Shown: positions 51,850 to 61,913 of the stretch, one piece after another | Numbering within the stretch: the stretch's first letter is position 1 | Layout: each line of letters begins with the position of its first letter | Assembly (NCBI GenBank): GCA_963792415.1 | Contig: CAWBVY010000006.1 | Span: 32,001-96,000, forward strand | Direction of reading: 5' to 3' | DNA from: Candidatus Deferrimicrobiaceae bacterium | Lineage (GTDB): Bacteria; Desulfobacterota; Deferrimicrobia; Deferrimicrobiales; Deferrimicrobiaceae | Length of the DNA: 64,000 nt | Notes under the pieces: model-generated | What the model was told of the DNA's origin: nothing | The model's input: the letters and a program-made list of their open reading frames with translations, nothing else | Database searches by the model: none | Program-made: the position numbers and the translations under genes

Positions 51850-53532
51850 TCAGAACATCGCCGGATCGGTGTACACGCCCATCGTCTCCCGGAGGGTGTC
51901 GCACATCTCGCCGAGGGTGACATACTCGCGCGCCGCGTCCACCAGCAGGGGCATCAGGTTCACGTTCGGGGTGAGGGATCCTTCCTTCAGCGCGGACATG
52001 CACGCCCGCGCCTTTTTCGCGTCGCGCTTCCGCCGGACTTCCTTCGTCCGCGCGACCTGCCGTTTCTCGACCCGATCGTCGATCTTCAGCAGGGGGATCG
52101 GGACCTCCTCCTGCGACCTGTACGCGTTGAGGCCGACGATCCGCTTCTTTCCCGCGTCGACCAGCCTCTGAAAATGGAAGGCCGCGTCGGCCACCTCCCG
52201 TTGAGGATACCCCTGTTTGATCGCGGCCACCATCCCGCCCATCCCGTCGATCTTCCGGATATACTCCATCGCCTTTTCTTCCATCACGTTCGTCAGTTGC
52301 TCCACGAAGAACGATCCGCCCAGAGGGTCGATGGTGTTGGCGACGCCCGACTCCTCGGCGATGATCTGCTGTGTCCGCAGCGCTACGGTCACGGCCTGCT
52401 CGGTGGGAAGCGCCATCGTCTCGTCCATCGAGTTGGTGTGGAGCGACTGCGTCCCTCCAAGGACCCCCGAAAGAGCCTGCAATGCGACCCGTACCACGTT
52501 GTTCATCGGCTGCTGCGCGGTGAGCGTGCACCCGGCCGTCTGGGTGTGGAACCGGAGTTTCCACGAATTCTCGTCATTCGCGTGGAACCGCTCCCGCATG
52601 ATCCGCGCCCACATCCGGCGGGCGGCCCGGTACTTCGCGATCTCCTCGAAAAAATCCATGTGGGCGTTGAAGAAGTACGAGAGCCGCGGGGCGAACTTGT
52701 CGACGGGAATCCCCGCGTCGATTCCCGCCTGGACATAGGCGATCCCGTCGGCGATCGTGAAGGCCAGCTCCTGGATCGCCGTGGACCCCGCTTCCCGGAT
52801 GTGGTACCCGCTGATGCTGATCGTGTTCCATCTCGGTACGTTGTCGGCGCAGTAGGCGAGGATGTCGGTGATGATCCGCATCGACGGCTCCGGGGGGAAG
52901 ATCCAGGAATGCTGGGCGATGTATTCCTTGAGAATGTCGTTCTGGATCGTGCCGCCGACCTTGTGGAAGGGCACCCCCTGTTTTTCCGCGACCGCGAGGT
53001 ACATGGCGAAGACCATCGCCGCCGGGCCGTTGATCGTCATCGAGGTGGTGACCTTGTCCAGCGGTATCCCTTCGAAAAGGATCTCCATGTCCTTGAGCGA
53101 ATCGACGGCGACTCCGCACATCCCGACCTCTCCCTTCGCGCGGGGGGAGTCGGAGTCGTATCCCATGAGCGTCGGAAAGTGGAACGCGGTGGAAAGCCCG
53201 GTCTGACCCTGCGAGAGGAGGAACTTGAACCGCGCGTTCGTATCCTCCGCCGAGCCGAATCCGGCGAACTGGCGCATCGTCCACAGCCTCCCCCGGTACA
53301 TCGTGGGCTGCACTCCCCGGGTGTACGGGAACTGGCCGGGAAATCCGAGGTCCTCTTCGTAATCGAAGTTCGAAAGGGGATCGGGGGTGCACAGGAGGTC
53401 GATCTCCTCGTCGGAAACGGTGGAGAACCTTTCGAGACGCGGCGGCGACCTCCGAAGGCTGGGGGTCAATTCCTCGTCCTGCCACTTCTTCCTTCGGGTC
53501 GCTATCCCCGCGAGCTTTTTCCTGTCGTACAT
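51850..53532 (-). CDS. icmA: B12-dependent acyl-CoA mutase large subunit, isobutyryl-CoA mutase-like
   Basis: [45 protein letters not shown]. Confidence 0.8.
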   Translation of the reverse strand: MYDRKKLAGIATRRKKWQDEELTPSLRRSPPRLERFSTVSDEEIDLLCTPDPLSNFDYEEDLGFPGQFPYTRGVQPTMYRGRLWTMRQFAGFGSAEDTNARFKFLLSQGQTGLSTAFHFPTLMGYDSDSPRAKGEVGMCGVAVDSLKDMEILFEGIPLDKVTTSMTINGPAAMVFAMYLAVAEKQGVPFHKVGGTIQNDILKEYIAQHSWIFPPEPSMRIITDILAYCADNVPRWNTISISGYHIREAGSTAIQELAFTIADGIAYVQAGIDAGIPVDKFAPRLSYFFNAHMDFFEEIAKYRAARRMWARIMRERFHANDENSWKLRFHTQTAGCTLTAQQPMNNVVRVALQALSGVLGGTQSLHTNSMDETMALPTEQAVTVALRTQQIIAEESGVANTIDPLGGSFFVEQLTNVMEEKAMEYIRKIDGMGGMVAAIKQGYPQREVADAAFHFQRLVDAGKKRIVGLNAYRSQEEVPIPLLKIDDRVEKRQVARTKEVRRKRDAKKARACMSALKEGSLTPNVNLMPLLVDAAREYVTLGEMCDTLRETMGVYTDPAMF

Positions 53533-53766
53533 GGTGCCCTCCGTTTTTCCTACAGCGAGGGTACCCCGGCAGCGCGAAGCCCGTACTGGGGTGCCCTCCG
53601 TTTTTCCTACAGCGAGGGTACCCCGGCAGCGCGAAGCCCGTACTGGGGTGCCCTCCGTTTTTCCTACAGCGAGGGTACCCCGGCAGCGCGAAGCCCGTAC
53701 TGGGGTGCCCTCCGTTTTTCCTACAGCGAGGGTACCCCGGCAGCGCGAAGCTCGTGCTGGGGTGCC
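53533..53766. repeat. Tandem array of four 57-bp units plus a partial unit
   Basis: Units start at 53533, 53590, 53647 and 53704; the first three are identical, the fourth has two substitutions. Confidence 0.95.
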
Positions 53767-53770
53767 TCCT

Positions 53771-54310
53771 CTACCGTTCCACGCCCACGCGGGCGTCAAC
53801 GCCCTTCGCGTAATAGTGCCGGATCTCCCGCATTTCGGTGACGAGATCCGCCGCCTCGATGATTTCCGGGGGGGCACCGCGCCCCGTGAGGACGAGTTCC
53901 ATCCCGTCGGGCTTCCCCTTGATCGCCTCGAGAACTTCCCCGACGGGCAGAAGCCCGAAATCCATCGCGCAATTGATCTCGTCGAGAACCACGATATCCG
54001 CTTTCCGGCCGGAGATGATCCCGCGTGCGAGCTTCCACCCTTCCAGGGCAAGACGAATATCCTCGGGGTCCGGGTTTTTCCGGTTCACGAAGGTGTCGCG
54101 CCCCGCCTGGTGGATCTCGACGTGGGGGGCGAGCATCCGCACCCCCGCGAGTTCGCCGTAGTCGATCCACCCCTTCATGAACTGGATGATCACCGTCTTC
54201 AGCCCGTGGCCCGCGGCGCGAACGGCGAGGCCGAGGGAGGCGGTGGTTTTCCCTTTACCTCTCCCGGTGTAGACCTGAACGTACCCTTTTCCGATCGCTC
54301 CCACGCTCAC
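53771..54310 (-). CDS. cobO: Cob(I)alamin adenosyltransferase (CobA/CobO/BtuR type)
   Basis: [31 protein letters not shown]. Confidence 0.9.
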   Translation of the reverse strand: MSVGAIGKGYVQVYTGRGKGKTTASLGLAVRAAGHGLKTVIIQFMKGWIDYGELAGVRMLAPHVEIHQAGRDTFVNRKNPDPEDIRLALEGWKLARGIISGRKADIVVLDEINCAMDFGLLPVGEVLEAIKGKPDGMELVLTGRGAPPEIIEAADLVTEMREIRHYYAKGVDARVGVER

Positions 54311-54317
54311 GCCGCGC

Positions 54318-55448
54318 CTACCCGCAGAGGGCCCGCGAGATCACGAGCCGCTGAATCTCGGAGGTCCCCTCGTAGATTGTCGTCACCCGGATATCGCGCA
54401 GGTGACGCTCCACCGGATATTCCCGAATATAGCCGTACCCGCCCAACACCTGCAACGCGGAGTGGCACGCCCGGTTTCCCGCTTCCGTGGCGAAGAGCTT
54501 CGCCATCGAGGCCTCCGTCGAGTACGGGAGACCCTTCTCCTTCAGGGACATGGCCCGGAACGCCAGCAGCTGGGCGGCGTCGAGCTCGGTCGCGGCGTCC
54601 GCGAGCTTCCATTGGATCGCCTGAAATTCGCCGATCGCCTGTCCGAACTGACGCCGGTCCCTGGCGTACTCCGTTGCCGTGGAAAGCGCCGACCGCGCGA
54701 TCCCGATCGCTTGCGACGCGATGCCGATCCTTCCGCCGTCGAGCGCCGAGAGCGCGATCTTCAACCCTTCCCCGGGGGCGCCCAGCATCGACGATTTCGG
54801 CACCCGGCACTCCTCGAAGGAAAGGGAGACGGTGTCGGACCCCCTTATCCCCATCTTGTGCTCGCGCTTCCCGACGCGGAACCCCGGAGTGTCCGGCTCA
54901 ACGAGGAAAGCGCTGATCTTCCTGGGGGACTTCACCGTCAGCGCCATGACGATCGTGACGCAGGCGTTTGCGCCGTTCGTGATGAAGGCCTTCGAGCCGT
55001 CGAGGACGTAGCCGTCGCCGTCTTCACGGGCGAACGTCGAAAGCCCCGCCGCGTCGGAACCGGCACCGGGCTCGGTGAGTGCGAACGCCCCGGCCCCTTT
55101 TCCGGCGGCGAGCATCGGGAGATAGCGACTCCGCTGCGAATCGCTGCCGAAACGGAAGATCGCCTCGCCCGTCATGTTGGTGACCGCCATTCCCACTCCC
55201 GTCGAGGCGCATCCCCCCGCGACCTCCCTCAGGGCGATGGCATAGGAAACGGGGCCCGCCTCCGAGCCCCCGAACGACGCCGGGTACAGCATCCCGAGCA
55301 GCCCCAGTTCCGCCAGGCGCCGGTGGTTTTCCGCCGGATAGCGGCTCTCCTCGTCGACCTGCGCGGCGCGCGGGGCGAACTCCTTCCGGGAGAGGCCGCG
55401 CACCATCTCCTCGACCTGCAACTGCTCGTCGGTGAGGCGAAAATCCAT
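54318..55448 (-). CDS. Acyl-CoA dehydrogenase
   Basis: FALTEPGAGSD, GSKAFITN, LDGGRIGIA, IYEGTSEIQ. Confidence 0.93.
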   Translation of the reverse strand: MDFRLTDEQLQVEEMVRGLSRKEFAPRAAQVDEESRYPAENHRRLAELGLLGMLYPASFGGSEAGPVSYAIALREVAGGCASTGVGMAVTNMTGEAIFRFGSDSQRSRYLPMLAAGKGAGAFALTEPGAGSDAAGLSTFAREDGDGYVLDGSKAFITNGANACVTIVMALTVKSPRKISAFLVEPDTPGFRVGKREHKMGIRGSDTVSLSFEECRVPKSSMLGAPGEGLKIALSALDGGRIGIASQAIGIARSALSTATEYARDRRQFGQAIGEFQAIQWKLADAATELDAAQLLAFRAMSLKEKGLPYSTEASMAKLFATEAGNRACHSALQVLGGYGYIREYPVERHLRDIRVTTIYEGTSEIQRLVISRALCG

Positions 55449-55456
55449 CCCCCGCC

Positions 55457-56599
55457 CTATCCCTTCAGAAGCGCGGCGGAGATGACCAGTCGCTGGATTT
55501 CGGAGGTTCCCTCGTAGATCTCCGTGATCTTCGCGTCGCGGAAGTGGCGCTCCGCCGGATACTCGCTGATGTACCCGTACCCGCCGTGGATCTGCACGCC
55601 CTTCACCGCCGCCCGCATCGCCGCCTCCGACGCGTACAACTTCGCCATCGACGACTCCTTGGAGTGACGCATCTTGCGGTCCTTCATCCAGGCGGCCCTC
55701 CAGGTGAGCAGGCGCGCGGCGTCGATCTCCGTGGCGATGTCCGCCAGCATCCACTGGATCGCCTGGAAATCGCAGATCGCCTGGCCGAACTGCTTTCGGT
55801 CCTTCGAATAGGAGAGGGCGTCCTCGAGCGAAGCGCGGGCGATCCCGATCGCCTGGGCGGCGATCCCGATCCGGCCCCCGTCGAGCGTGTGCATCGCGAC
55901 CTTGAACCCGTCCCCCTCGTTTCCCAAGCGGTTCCTCGCGGGGACGCGTACCTCCTCGAAAATGATCGAAGAGGTCGCCGATGCCCGGATACCCATCTTC
56001 TTCTCGTGTTTCCCGAGGGAGACGCCCTTGCATTTCATGTCGACGACGAACGCGGTGATCCCCTTGTGCGCCTTCGACTTGTCGGTCATCGTGAAGAGGA
56101 CGCAGGTGTCGGCCTGAGGCGCGTTCGTGATGAAGTTCTTGGTGCCGTCGACGACGTAGAAATCGCCGTCCCGGACCGCGGTGGTCTTCTGGGAACCGGC
56201 GTCGGAACCGGATCCCGGCTCCGTGAGCCCGAAGCAGCCGAGCGTCTTCCCGGAGGCCATCGGCACGAGGTATTCCCGCTTGATCTCCTCGGAGCCGAAC
56301 TTGAGGATCGGGTCGCACGCGAGCGAATTGTTCACCGACATGATGACGCCGGTGGAAGCGCACGCGCGGGAGATCTCCTCCATGGCGATCGCGTAGCAGA
56401 CGTTGTCCATCCCGGCGCCGCCGTACTCCTCGGGAACGGCGATCCCCATGAACCCGAGTTCGGCCATCTGGCGGATCAGCTCGTCCGGGAACCGACTGTT
56501 CTCGTCCAGCTCGGCGGCCTTCGGCAACACCTCTTTCCGTGCGAACTCCCTCGCCGTATCCTGGATCATCCGCTGCTCTTCGGTCAGGTCGAACACCAT
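55457..56599 (-). CDS. Acyl-CoA (butyryl-CoA-like) dehydrogenase
   Basis: FGLTEPGSGSDA, GTKNFITN, LDGGRIGIAAQ, EIYEGTSEIQ. Confidence 0.94.
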   Translation of the reverse strand: MVFDLTEEQRMIQDTAREFARKEVLPKAAELDENSRFPDELIRQMAELGFMGIAVPEEYGGAGMDNVCYAIAMEEISRACASTGVIMSVNNSLACDPILKFGSEEIKREYLVPMASGKTLGCFGLTEPGSGSDAGSQKTTAVRDGDFYVVDGTKNFITNAPQADTCVLFTMTDKSKAHKGITAFVVDMKCKGVSLGKHEKKMGIRASATSSIIFEEVRVPARNRLGNEGDGFKVAMHTLDGGRIGIAAQAIGIARASLEDALSYSKDRKQFGQAICDFQAIQWMLADIATEIDAARLLTWRAAWMKDRKMRHSKESSMAKLYASEAAMRAAVKGVQIHGGYGYISEYPAERHFRDAKITEIYEGTSEIQRLVISAALLKG

Positions 56600-56645
56600 C
56601 GTGCTTTCTCCCCCGTCGTTGGATGTGGGGCGACCTCCCCCGGGA

Positions 56646-57428
56646 TCACTTCCCGGTGAAGTTCGCCTTCCGCTTTTCGAGGAACGCGGCGATCCCTTCC
56701 TCCCTGTCGGTGGTGGAGAAACCGACCGCGAAAAGGCTCGCCTCGAGGGCGCACGCGTTGCCCAGGTCAAGGTCGAGCCCCCGGTTCATCGCCATCTTCG
56801 CCGTGCGGACGGCGACCGGGCCCCGGGAGAGGATCTTTCTGGCGATCTCCCTCGCCGCCCCCATCAGTTCCGCCGCCGGGACGACCTTGTTCACCAGGCC
56901 GATCTCGTACGCCCGCTGCGCCGAGATCATCTCCCCGGTCAGGACCAGTTCCTTCGCGAGGTTCCGCCCGACCAGGCGCGGCAAGCGCTGCGTTCCGCCG
57001 TATCCCGGGATGATCCCCAGATTCACTTCCGGCTGGCCGAACCGGGCCGTGTCCGCGGCGATCAGCAGATCGCACGCCATCGCCACTTCGCACCCCCCAC
57101 CCAGCGCGAAGCCGTTGATCGCTCCGATGACCGGCTGGGACATCGCCTCGATGAAGCCGAGAACACGCTGCCCAAGAAGGGAGAAATCGAGAGCCTCGAG
57201 CGCCGTGAAGCCCTTCATCACGGAGATGTCGGCACCCGCGATGAAGGCCTTCTCTCCGGCGCCGGTCAGCAGGACCGCTCCCACGTCCGCCCGCGCCGAG
57301 AGCTCCTCCATGGCGGCCCCGAGTTCCCGCACCGTGGCGGGATTCAGGGCGTTCAGGGATTTCGGGCGATTGAAGGTGACCGTCGCGATTCGTTCCGAAA
57401 CGTCGACCAGCAGGTTCTCGTAATTCAT
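56646..57428 (-). CDS. crt: Enoyl-CoA hydratase (crotonase)
   Basis: AFIAGADI, ALGGGCE, FGQPEVNLGIIPGYGGTQRL. Confidence 0.92.
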   Translation of the reverse strand: MNYENLLVDVSERIATVTFNRPKSLNALNPATVRELGAAMEELSARADVGAVLLTGAGEKAFIAGADISVMKGFTALEALDFSLLGQRVLGFIEAMSQPVIGAINGFALGGGCEVAMACDLLIAADTARFGQPEVNLGIIPGYGGTQRLPRLVGRNLAKELVLTGEMISAQRAYEIGLVNKVVPAAELMGAAREIARKILSRGPVAVRTAKMAMNRGLDLDLGNACALEASLFAVGFSTTDREEGIAAFLEKRKANFTGK

Positions 57429-57438
57429 CGACTCCTCC

Positions 57439-58296
57439 TTACGCCTTTTCGTACGTGTAGAAGCCTCGACCCGTCTTTTTCCCGAGGTAGCCGGCGTCGA
57501 CGTGCTTCCGCAGGAGGGGGCACGGACGGTACTTGGAGTCTCCCAATCCCTCTTGCAGCGTGTTCAACACTTCGAGGCAGGTGTCGAGACCGATCAGGTC
57601 GGCCAGCGCCAGCGGTCCCATCGGGTGGTTCGCCCCCATCTTCATGATCGCGTCGATGTCGGCGGCCTCCCCGACCCCCTCCATCAGGGCGTAGACCGCC
57701 TCGTTGATCATCGGCATGAGGATCCGGTTGGCGATGAACCCCGGGAAGTCGTTCGCGGGGACCGGTTCCTTCCCGAGGGAACGGGCGAACGTCATCGTCG
57801 CATCGAACGTTTCCGTCGACGTCTGCAGCCCCGGGATCACCTCGACGAGCTTCATGAGAGGGACCGGATTCATGAAGTGCATCCCGATCACCTGGGCCGG
57901 ACGCTTCGTCGCGGCGGCGATCTTCGTGATCGAGATGGAGGACGTGTTCGTCGCAAGGATCCGCCCCGCAGGAACCACTTCGTCGAGTTTCCGGAAGAGG
58001 GAGAGCTTCAACTCTTCCCGTTCCGTGGCCGCCTCGACGACGAGATCGCAGGAGGCGAAGTCTCCGGGATCGGTCGTCGTCCGGAGGCCGGAAAGGGCCT
58101 GCTCCTTCTCCTGCGCCGTGATCTTCTCCTTGCGGAGCAGGATGTCGAGCCCCTTGCCGATTCCCGCGCGGGACCGGGCGAGGACCGCCTCGGAGACATC
58201 GCTCAGGACGACCTGCAGGCCGCTCACCAGGGAGACTTGCGCGATCCCGCTCCCCATCTGGCCGGCTCCGAGAACGCCGATCTTGGAAATACTCAT
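57439..58296 (-). CDS. hbd: 3-hydroxybutyryl-CoA dehydrogenase
   Basis: GAGQMGSGIA, TNTSSISI, GMHFMNP, HPMGPL. Confidence 0.93.
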   Translation of the reverse strand: MSISKIGVLGAGQMGSGIAQVSLVSGLQVVLSDVSEAVLARSRAGIGKGLDILLRKEKITAQEKEQALSGLRTTTDPGDFASCDLVVEAATEREELKLSLFRKLDEVVPAGRILATNTSSISITKIAAATKRPAQVIGMHFMNPVPLMKLVEVIPGLQTSTETFDATMTFARSLGKEPVPANDFPGFIANRILMPMINEAVYALMEGVGEAADIDAIMKMGANHPMGPLALADLIGLDTCLEVLNTLQEGLGDSKYRPCPLLRKHVDAGYLGKKTGRGFYTYEKA

Positions 58297-58357
58297 GGCC
58301 CCCCCATTATATATATTATTATTTACAAATACTTATAACTTCCTTATTAAAGTTAAA

Positions 58358-59536
58358 CTATAACTTCTCAACCAATACCGCGACGGCTTCTCCCCCGCCG
58401 ATGCAAAGGGAGGCGACCCCGTACCGCTCTCCCCGGTCGGCCATCGCGTACAGCAGCGTGGTGAGGATGCGCGCCCCCGAGCACCCGACGGGATGCCCAA
58501 GCGCCACCGCGCCTCCGTTCACGTTCACCCGCTCCGGATCCAGGGTCAGCCCCCGGATGGCGGCGATCGCCACTCCCGCGAACGCTTCGTTGATCTCGAA
58601 GAGCCCGACCTTCTCCTTCGGGACACCTGTTTTCTGAAGAAGCTTCCGGATCGCGTCGACCGGCGCGATCGTGAACCAGACGGGTTCGAGGGACGCCGTC
58701 GCGTACCCGACGATGCGCGCCATCGGCTTCGCGCCGAGTCGCTTCGCGGCGTCCGAAGACATCACCACCAGGGCCGCCGCCCCGTCGTTGATCGTCGAGG
58801 CATTCCCGGCGGTGACGGTGCCGTTCTTTTCGAAAGCGGGCCGGAGGCTGGGCAATTTCGGGACGTTCCCGCGTCCCGGTTCCTCGTCCACCAGGAAAGG
58901 GACCGGGTCTCCTTTGCGCTGCGGGACCGGTACCGGTACGATCTCACCGGCGAATTTTCCGTTCTTGATGGCGGAAAGGGCACGCGTGTACGAGGAAGCC
59001 GCGTACGCATCCTGATCCTCGCGCGTGATCTTGTGCTCCTTCGCGAGGGTCTCCGCGCAATTCCCCATGTGAAGGTCGTTGTAGACGTCCCAAAGCCCGT
59101 CGATGATCATGTGGTCGTAGAGGGTGTCGTTTCCCAGCCGGTATCCGGAACGCGCCTTCTTCAGCAGGTACGGCGCCTGGCTCATCGATTCCATCCCGCC
59201 GGCGACCAGGACATCGAACTCTTCCGTGACCACGGACTGGGCGGCGAGCATGACGGACTTGAGGCCGGACCCGCACATTTTGTTGATGGTGAGCGCACCG
59301 GCCGACACCGGGATGCCGGCGTAGATGGCGGCCTGCCGGGCAGGCGCCTGTCCCATTCCCGCGGAAAGGACGTTCCCCATGATCACCTGTTCCACGTCCT
59401 CCTTTCGGATCCCGCTTCGGGAAACGGCCTCCGCGATCGCGACGGCGCCGAACCGGGGGGCCGCAAGATCGGAGAGTCCCCCCATCAGCGACCCAATCGC
59501 GGTCCTTGCGGCTCCGGTGATGACGGCTTCCTTCAT
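58358..59536 (-). CDS. Acetyl-CoA acetyltransferase (canonical thiolase)
   Basis: NKMCGSG (Cys), NEAF, GHPVG, CIGGG. Confidence 0.95.
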   Translation of the reverse strand: MKEAVITGAARTAIGSLMGGLSDLAAPRFGAVAIAEAVSRSGIRKEDVEQVIMGNVLSAGMGQAPARQAAIYAGIPVSAGALTINKMCGSGLKSVMLAAQSVVTEEFDVLVAGGMESMSQAPYLLKKARSGYRLGNDTLYDHMIIDGLWDVYNDLHMGNCAETLAKEHKITREDQDAYAASSYTRALSAIKNGKFAGEIVPVPVPQRKGDPVPFLVDEEPGRGNVPKLPSLRPAFEKNGTVTAGNASTINDGAAALVVMSSDAAKRLGAKPMARIVGYATASLEPVWFTIAPVDAIRKLLQKTGVPKEKVGLFEINEAFAGVAIAAIRGLTLDPERVNVNGGAVALGHPVGCSGARILTTLLYAMADRGERYGVASLCIGGGEAVAVLVEKL

Positions 59537-59970
59537 GAGCGCATCTCCTTTCCGGTCGTTCCCGGTTCTTCCCGGGTTGCGTCCTGCAGGACCTTGTCCC
59601 GCAGTCGCTGCTGGTATTCCCGGATCTCTTTCTTCAGCGCTACGAGCTGGGCGACACGTTCGTCGATCTGCGCGGCGCGCTCCTCGAGGATCTGCAGAAG
59701 TTTCGGGAGGATCTCCCGGTTGTTGCGCTCCTTCCGGTAGATTTTTTCGAGGTCGACCATCTCCGCGAGGGAGAGGCCGAGGACCTTCAGGCGGCTGATG
59801 AACTTCAGTCGTCGGACGTCGCTGTCCGTGTAGACGCGCTTGCCGTTCTCGATCCGGCGGACGCTGTGCAGGAGGCCGATCTCTTCGTAGTAGCGGATCG
59901 TGCGCTGCGACAGGCCGACCAGGCGGCTGATCTGCCCGATCGCGTATGTCCCCTCGGTACCCCTTGCCAT
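59533..59970 (-). CDS. MerR-family regulator (LiuR-like context)
   Basis: YAIGQIS..RTIRYYEEIGLL..RVYT..LKVLGLSLAEM. Confidence 0.88.
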   Translation of the reverse strand: MARGTEGTYAIGQISRLVGLSQRTIRYYEEIGLLHSVRRIENGKRVYTDSDVRRLKFISRLKVLGLSLAEMVDLEKIYRKERNNREILPKLLQILEERAAQIDERVAQLVALKKEIREYQQRLRDKVLQDATREEPGTTGKEMRS

Positions 59971-59979
59971 ATCTCACCA

Positions 59980-59997
59980 CCTTACGTTAACTGGCAA
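59980..59997 (-). promoter_or_regulatory. Possible LiuR-like operator upstream of merR
   Basis: TTGCCAGTTAACGTAAGG resembles the LiuR-type TTAC GT..ACGTAA half-palindrome. Confidence 0.35.
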
Positions 59998-60024
59998 AAT
60001 GGTACCCTGCGGAACCCGATCCTG

Positions 60025-60693
60025 TCAACGGGAATTTCCCTGGGAACCGATCAGGCGCTTCGCCAGCACGATCAGCGGGTCGCCCTTCTCCCCTTCCGCG
60101 GGGATGGCGGCGGATTCCGGCTCGAGACCGAGGATCGAGGAGAGGAGCCAGGAGTGCGCCTCGGGGGGAAGGAAGATCCCGGCGCGGACGATGTCGCGGC
60201 GCTCTTCCGGAGTCAGGAACCCGGAGTCACGGGCGATCCTCTCCTCGAGCGCGGCAAGGAGCGACCGACGGGCGGCGTACGCCCGGATCGATTTCCAGAG
60301 CCCTCCCTCGGACGCCGGGGATCCCGACACATCGTCCACCCACTCCGCCAGCGCCTCGATCCGCTCCAGAGCCTCTTCGAGACGCACCGGCGGTACGCGA
60401 GGGAACGCGAAGCGCGGGATCGATACCGGGAGGACGGGAAACGGCGGTGGATCGGCCCCCACCAGCCACGCGTTCACCAGTCCGGAAAAGAGGGAAAGAT
60501 CCTCCCGGGAATCGAGGGCGATCGGCAGCAGACCGGCGGCGTGCGGGAGTTCGGGGACGGGAGTGGACGGGAGGCAACCGACGGTTTTCCCGCCGGTGGC
60601 GGCTTTCCAGAGCGTCACCACGCCGGAGGGTCCGGAAGCGACGCCCTCCGCGAACCGGACCCCTTCGAGGACGGCCCGACTGCGGATCGGCAC
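60025..60693 (-). CDS. Hypothetical protein, degenerate 2-hydroxyacyl-CoA dehydratase-subunit-like
   Basis: GKTVGCLP..PELPHAAGLLPIAL and LWKSIRAY..RRSLLAAL resemble HgdA/B-family segments; GTG start. Confidence 0.45.
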   Translation of the reverse strand: MPIRSRAVLEGVRFAEGVASGPSGVVTLWKAATGGKTVGCLPSTPVPELPHAAGLLPIALDSREDLSLFSGLVNAWLVGADPPPFPVLPVSIPRFAFPRVPPVRLEEALERIEALAEWVDDVSGSPASEGGLWKSIRAYAARRSLLAALEERIARDSGFLTPEERRDIVRAGIFLPPEAHSWLLSSILGLEPESAAIPAEGEKGDPLIVLAKRLIGSQGNSR

Positions 60694-60706
60694 GTTACCG
60701 CTCGCC

Positions 60707-61381
60707 CTATTCCTGGACAGGACCTTTCGCCCCGGCGTGGATCACCGCGAGGATGAGCGCTTCCCGCTCGTCCGCGGAATGGACATGGTGGGGGATCGAG
60801 GAATTGTAATACACGCTGTCCCCTTCCTCGAGGACGTCGGAGAGGCTCCCGAGGCACACCGTCACCTTCCCGGAGAGGACGTAGAGGAACTCTTCGCCGT
60901 CGTGGGAGCTTCGGGCCGTGTGGGTGTCGGAGAGGGGCCGAAGCCGGACGAGGAAGGGCTCCATCTTCCGTCCCGCCTTCCCCGCGCCGAGGGATTCATA
61001 GGTGTAGGTGGACTTCCCCCCATCCTTGAGACCGACGCGGGAAACGGTGGTGCGGTCCTCCTTCCGGACGATGGAGAACTCCCGCTCCTCCTTTCCGCCG
61101 ATGAACGAGGAGACGGTGGTTCCGAAGGTGTTGGCGATCTTGACGAGCGTCCCGAGGGATGGCGAAACCATCCGGTTCTCGATCTGCGTCAGAAGCGCGG
61201 CGGAGAATCCGGTCCTCTCCGCGAACTGCTGCACGGTCATGCCCAAGGTCTCCCGGAACGCCCGCACGTGTTCCCCGACCGGAACCTCGGGATCTCCCGC
61301 CGGCTTTTCCGGTTCCCCGGACTCCCTGGCCATTTCGGACAGGACGTCGTCCATCGTCTCGTCACGCGTGAAATCCGGCAA
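60707..61381 (-). CDS. XRE-HTH + cupin transcriptional regulator
   Basis: VGEHVRAFRE..LTQIEN..SPSLGTL; MEPFLV, HDGEEFLYVLSG, PHHV. Confidence 0.9.
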   Translation of the reverse strand: MPDFTRDETMDDVLSEMARESGEPEKPAGDPEVPVGEHVRAFRETLGMTVQQFAERTGFSAALLTQIENRMVSPSLGTLVKIANTFGTTVSSFIGGKEEREFSIVRKEDRTTVSRVGLKDGGKSTYTYESLGAGKAGRKMEPFLVRLRPLSDTHTARSSHDGEEFLYVLSGKVTVCLGSLSDVLEEGDSVYYNSSIPHHVHSADEREALILAVIHAGAKGPVQE

Positions 61382-61913
61382 GGGCGGCTCCTTCCTTCAA
61401 TGCGTTGACATTCATGGGGATGAACTTCTCGTACTTCTTCGAGATGACCTTCGGGAGGCAATCGAAGACCGTCGAAAGACTCACGATCCCGGAGCGGGTG
61501 ACGTACGCCCCGAGCGCGACCATCGACGCCATCTGGCGGCTGCCGATCCTGTTGCGGGCAATGTCGTCCGCCGGGACCGGGAGGACGCGAACGTCGTCCC
61601 GGGTCACCTGCCGTTCCTCCACCAGGGAACTGTTGATGACGAGGTCGCCGCCCGGCGCGAGCATGGGGAGGAATTTTTCCATCGAGGGACCGTTCATGAT
61701 CAGAAGCCCCTTCGGGCGCCCGACCACGGGGGAGCCGATCTCCTCGTCGGAGACGACCACCGTGCAGTTCGCGGTGCCGCCCCGCATCTCCACCCCGTAC
61801 GCGGGGAAGTAGGTGACGTGCTTCTCCTCTTCCATCGCCGTGAGGGCCAGCAGGTTCCCGATCATCAGGATCCCCTGCCCTCCGAACCCGGCCATGATGA
61901 TGTCGTTCGTCAT
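61362..61913 (-). CDS. 2-oxoacid:ferredoxin oxidoreductase gamma subunit
   Basis: [24 protein letters not shown]. Confidence 0.92.
   Translation of the reverse strand: MTNDIIMAGFGGQGILMIGNLLALTAMEEEKHVTYFPAYGVEMRGGTANCTVVVSDEEIGSPVVGRPKGLLIMNGPSMEKFLPMLAPGGDLVINSSLVEERQVTRDDVRVLPVPADDIARNRIGSRQMASMVALGAYVTRSGIVSLSTVFDCLPKVISKKYEKFIPMNVNALKEGAALAGFHA

Noticed and set aside
53533-53766. CRISPR array or cobalamin riboswitch
   Set aside because: The units are head-to-tail with no unique spacers, no cas genes are in the window, and I see no B12-box or other cobalamin-riboswitch core
53533-54051. 733-aa mutase with a repeat-encoded N-terminal extension, as given in the ORF track
   Set aside because: The upstream start lies inside cobO in another frame; the ATG at 53532 has an RBS and gives a normal-sized subunit
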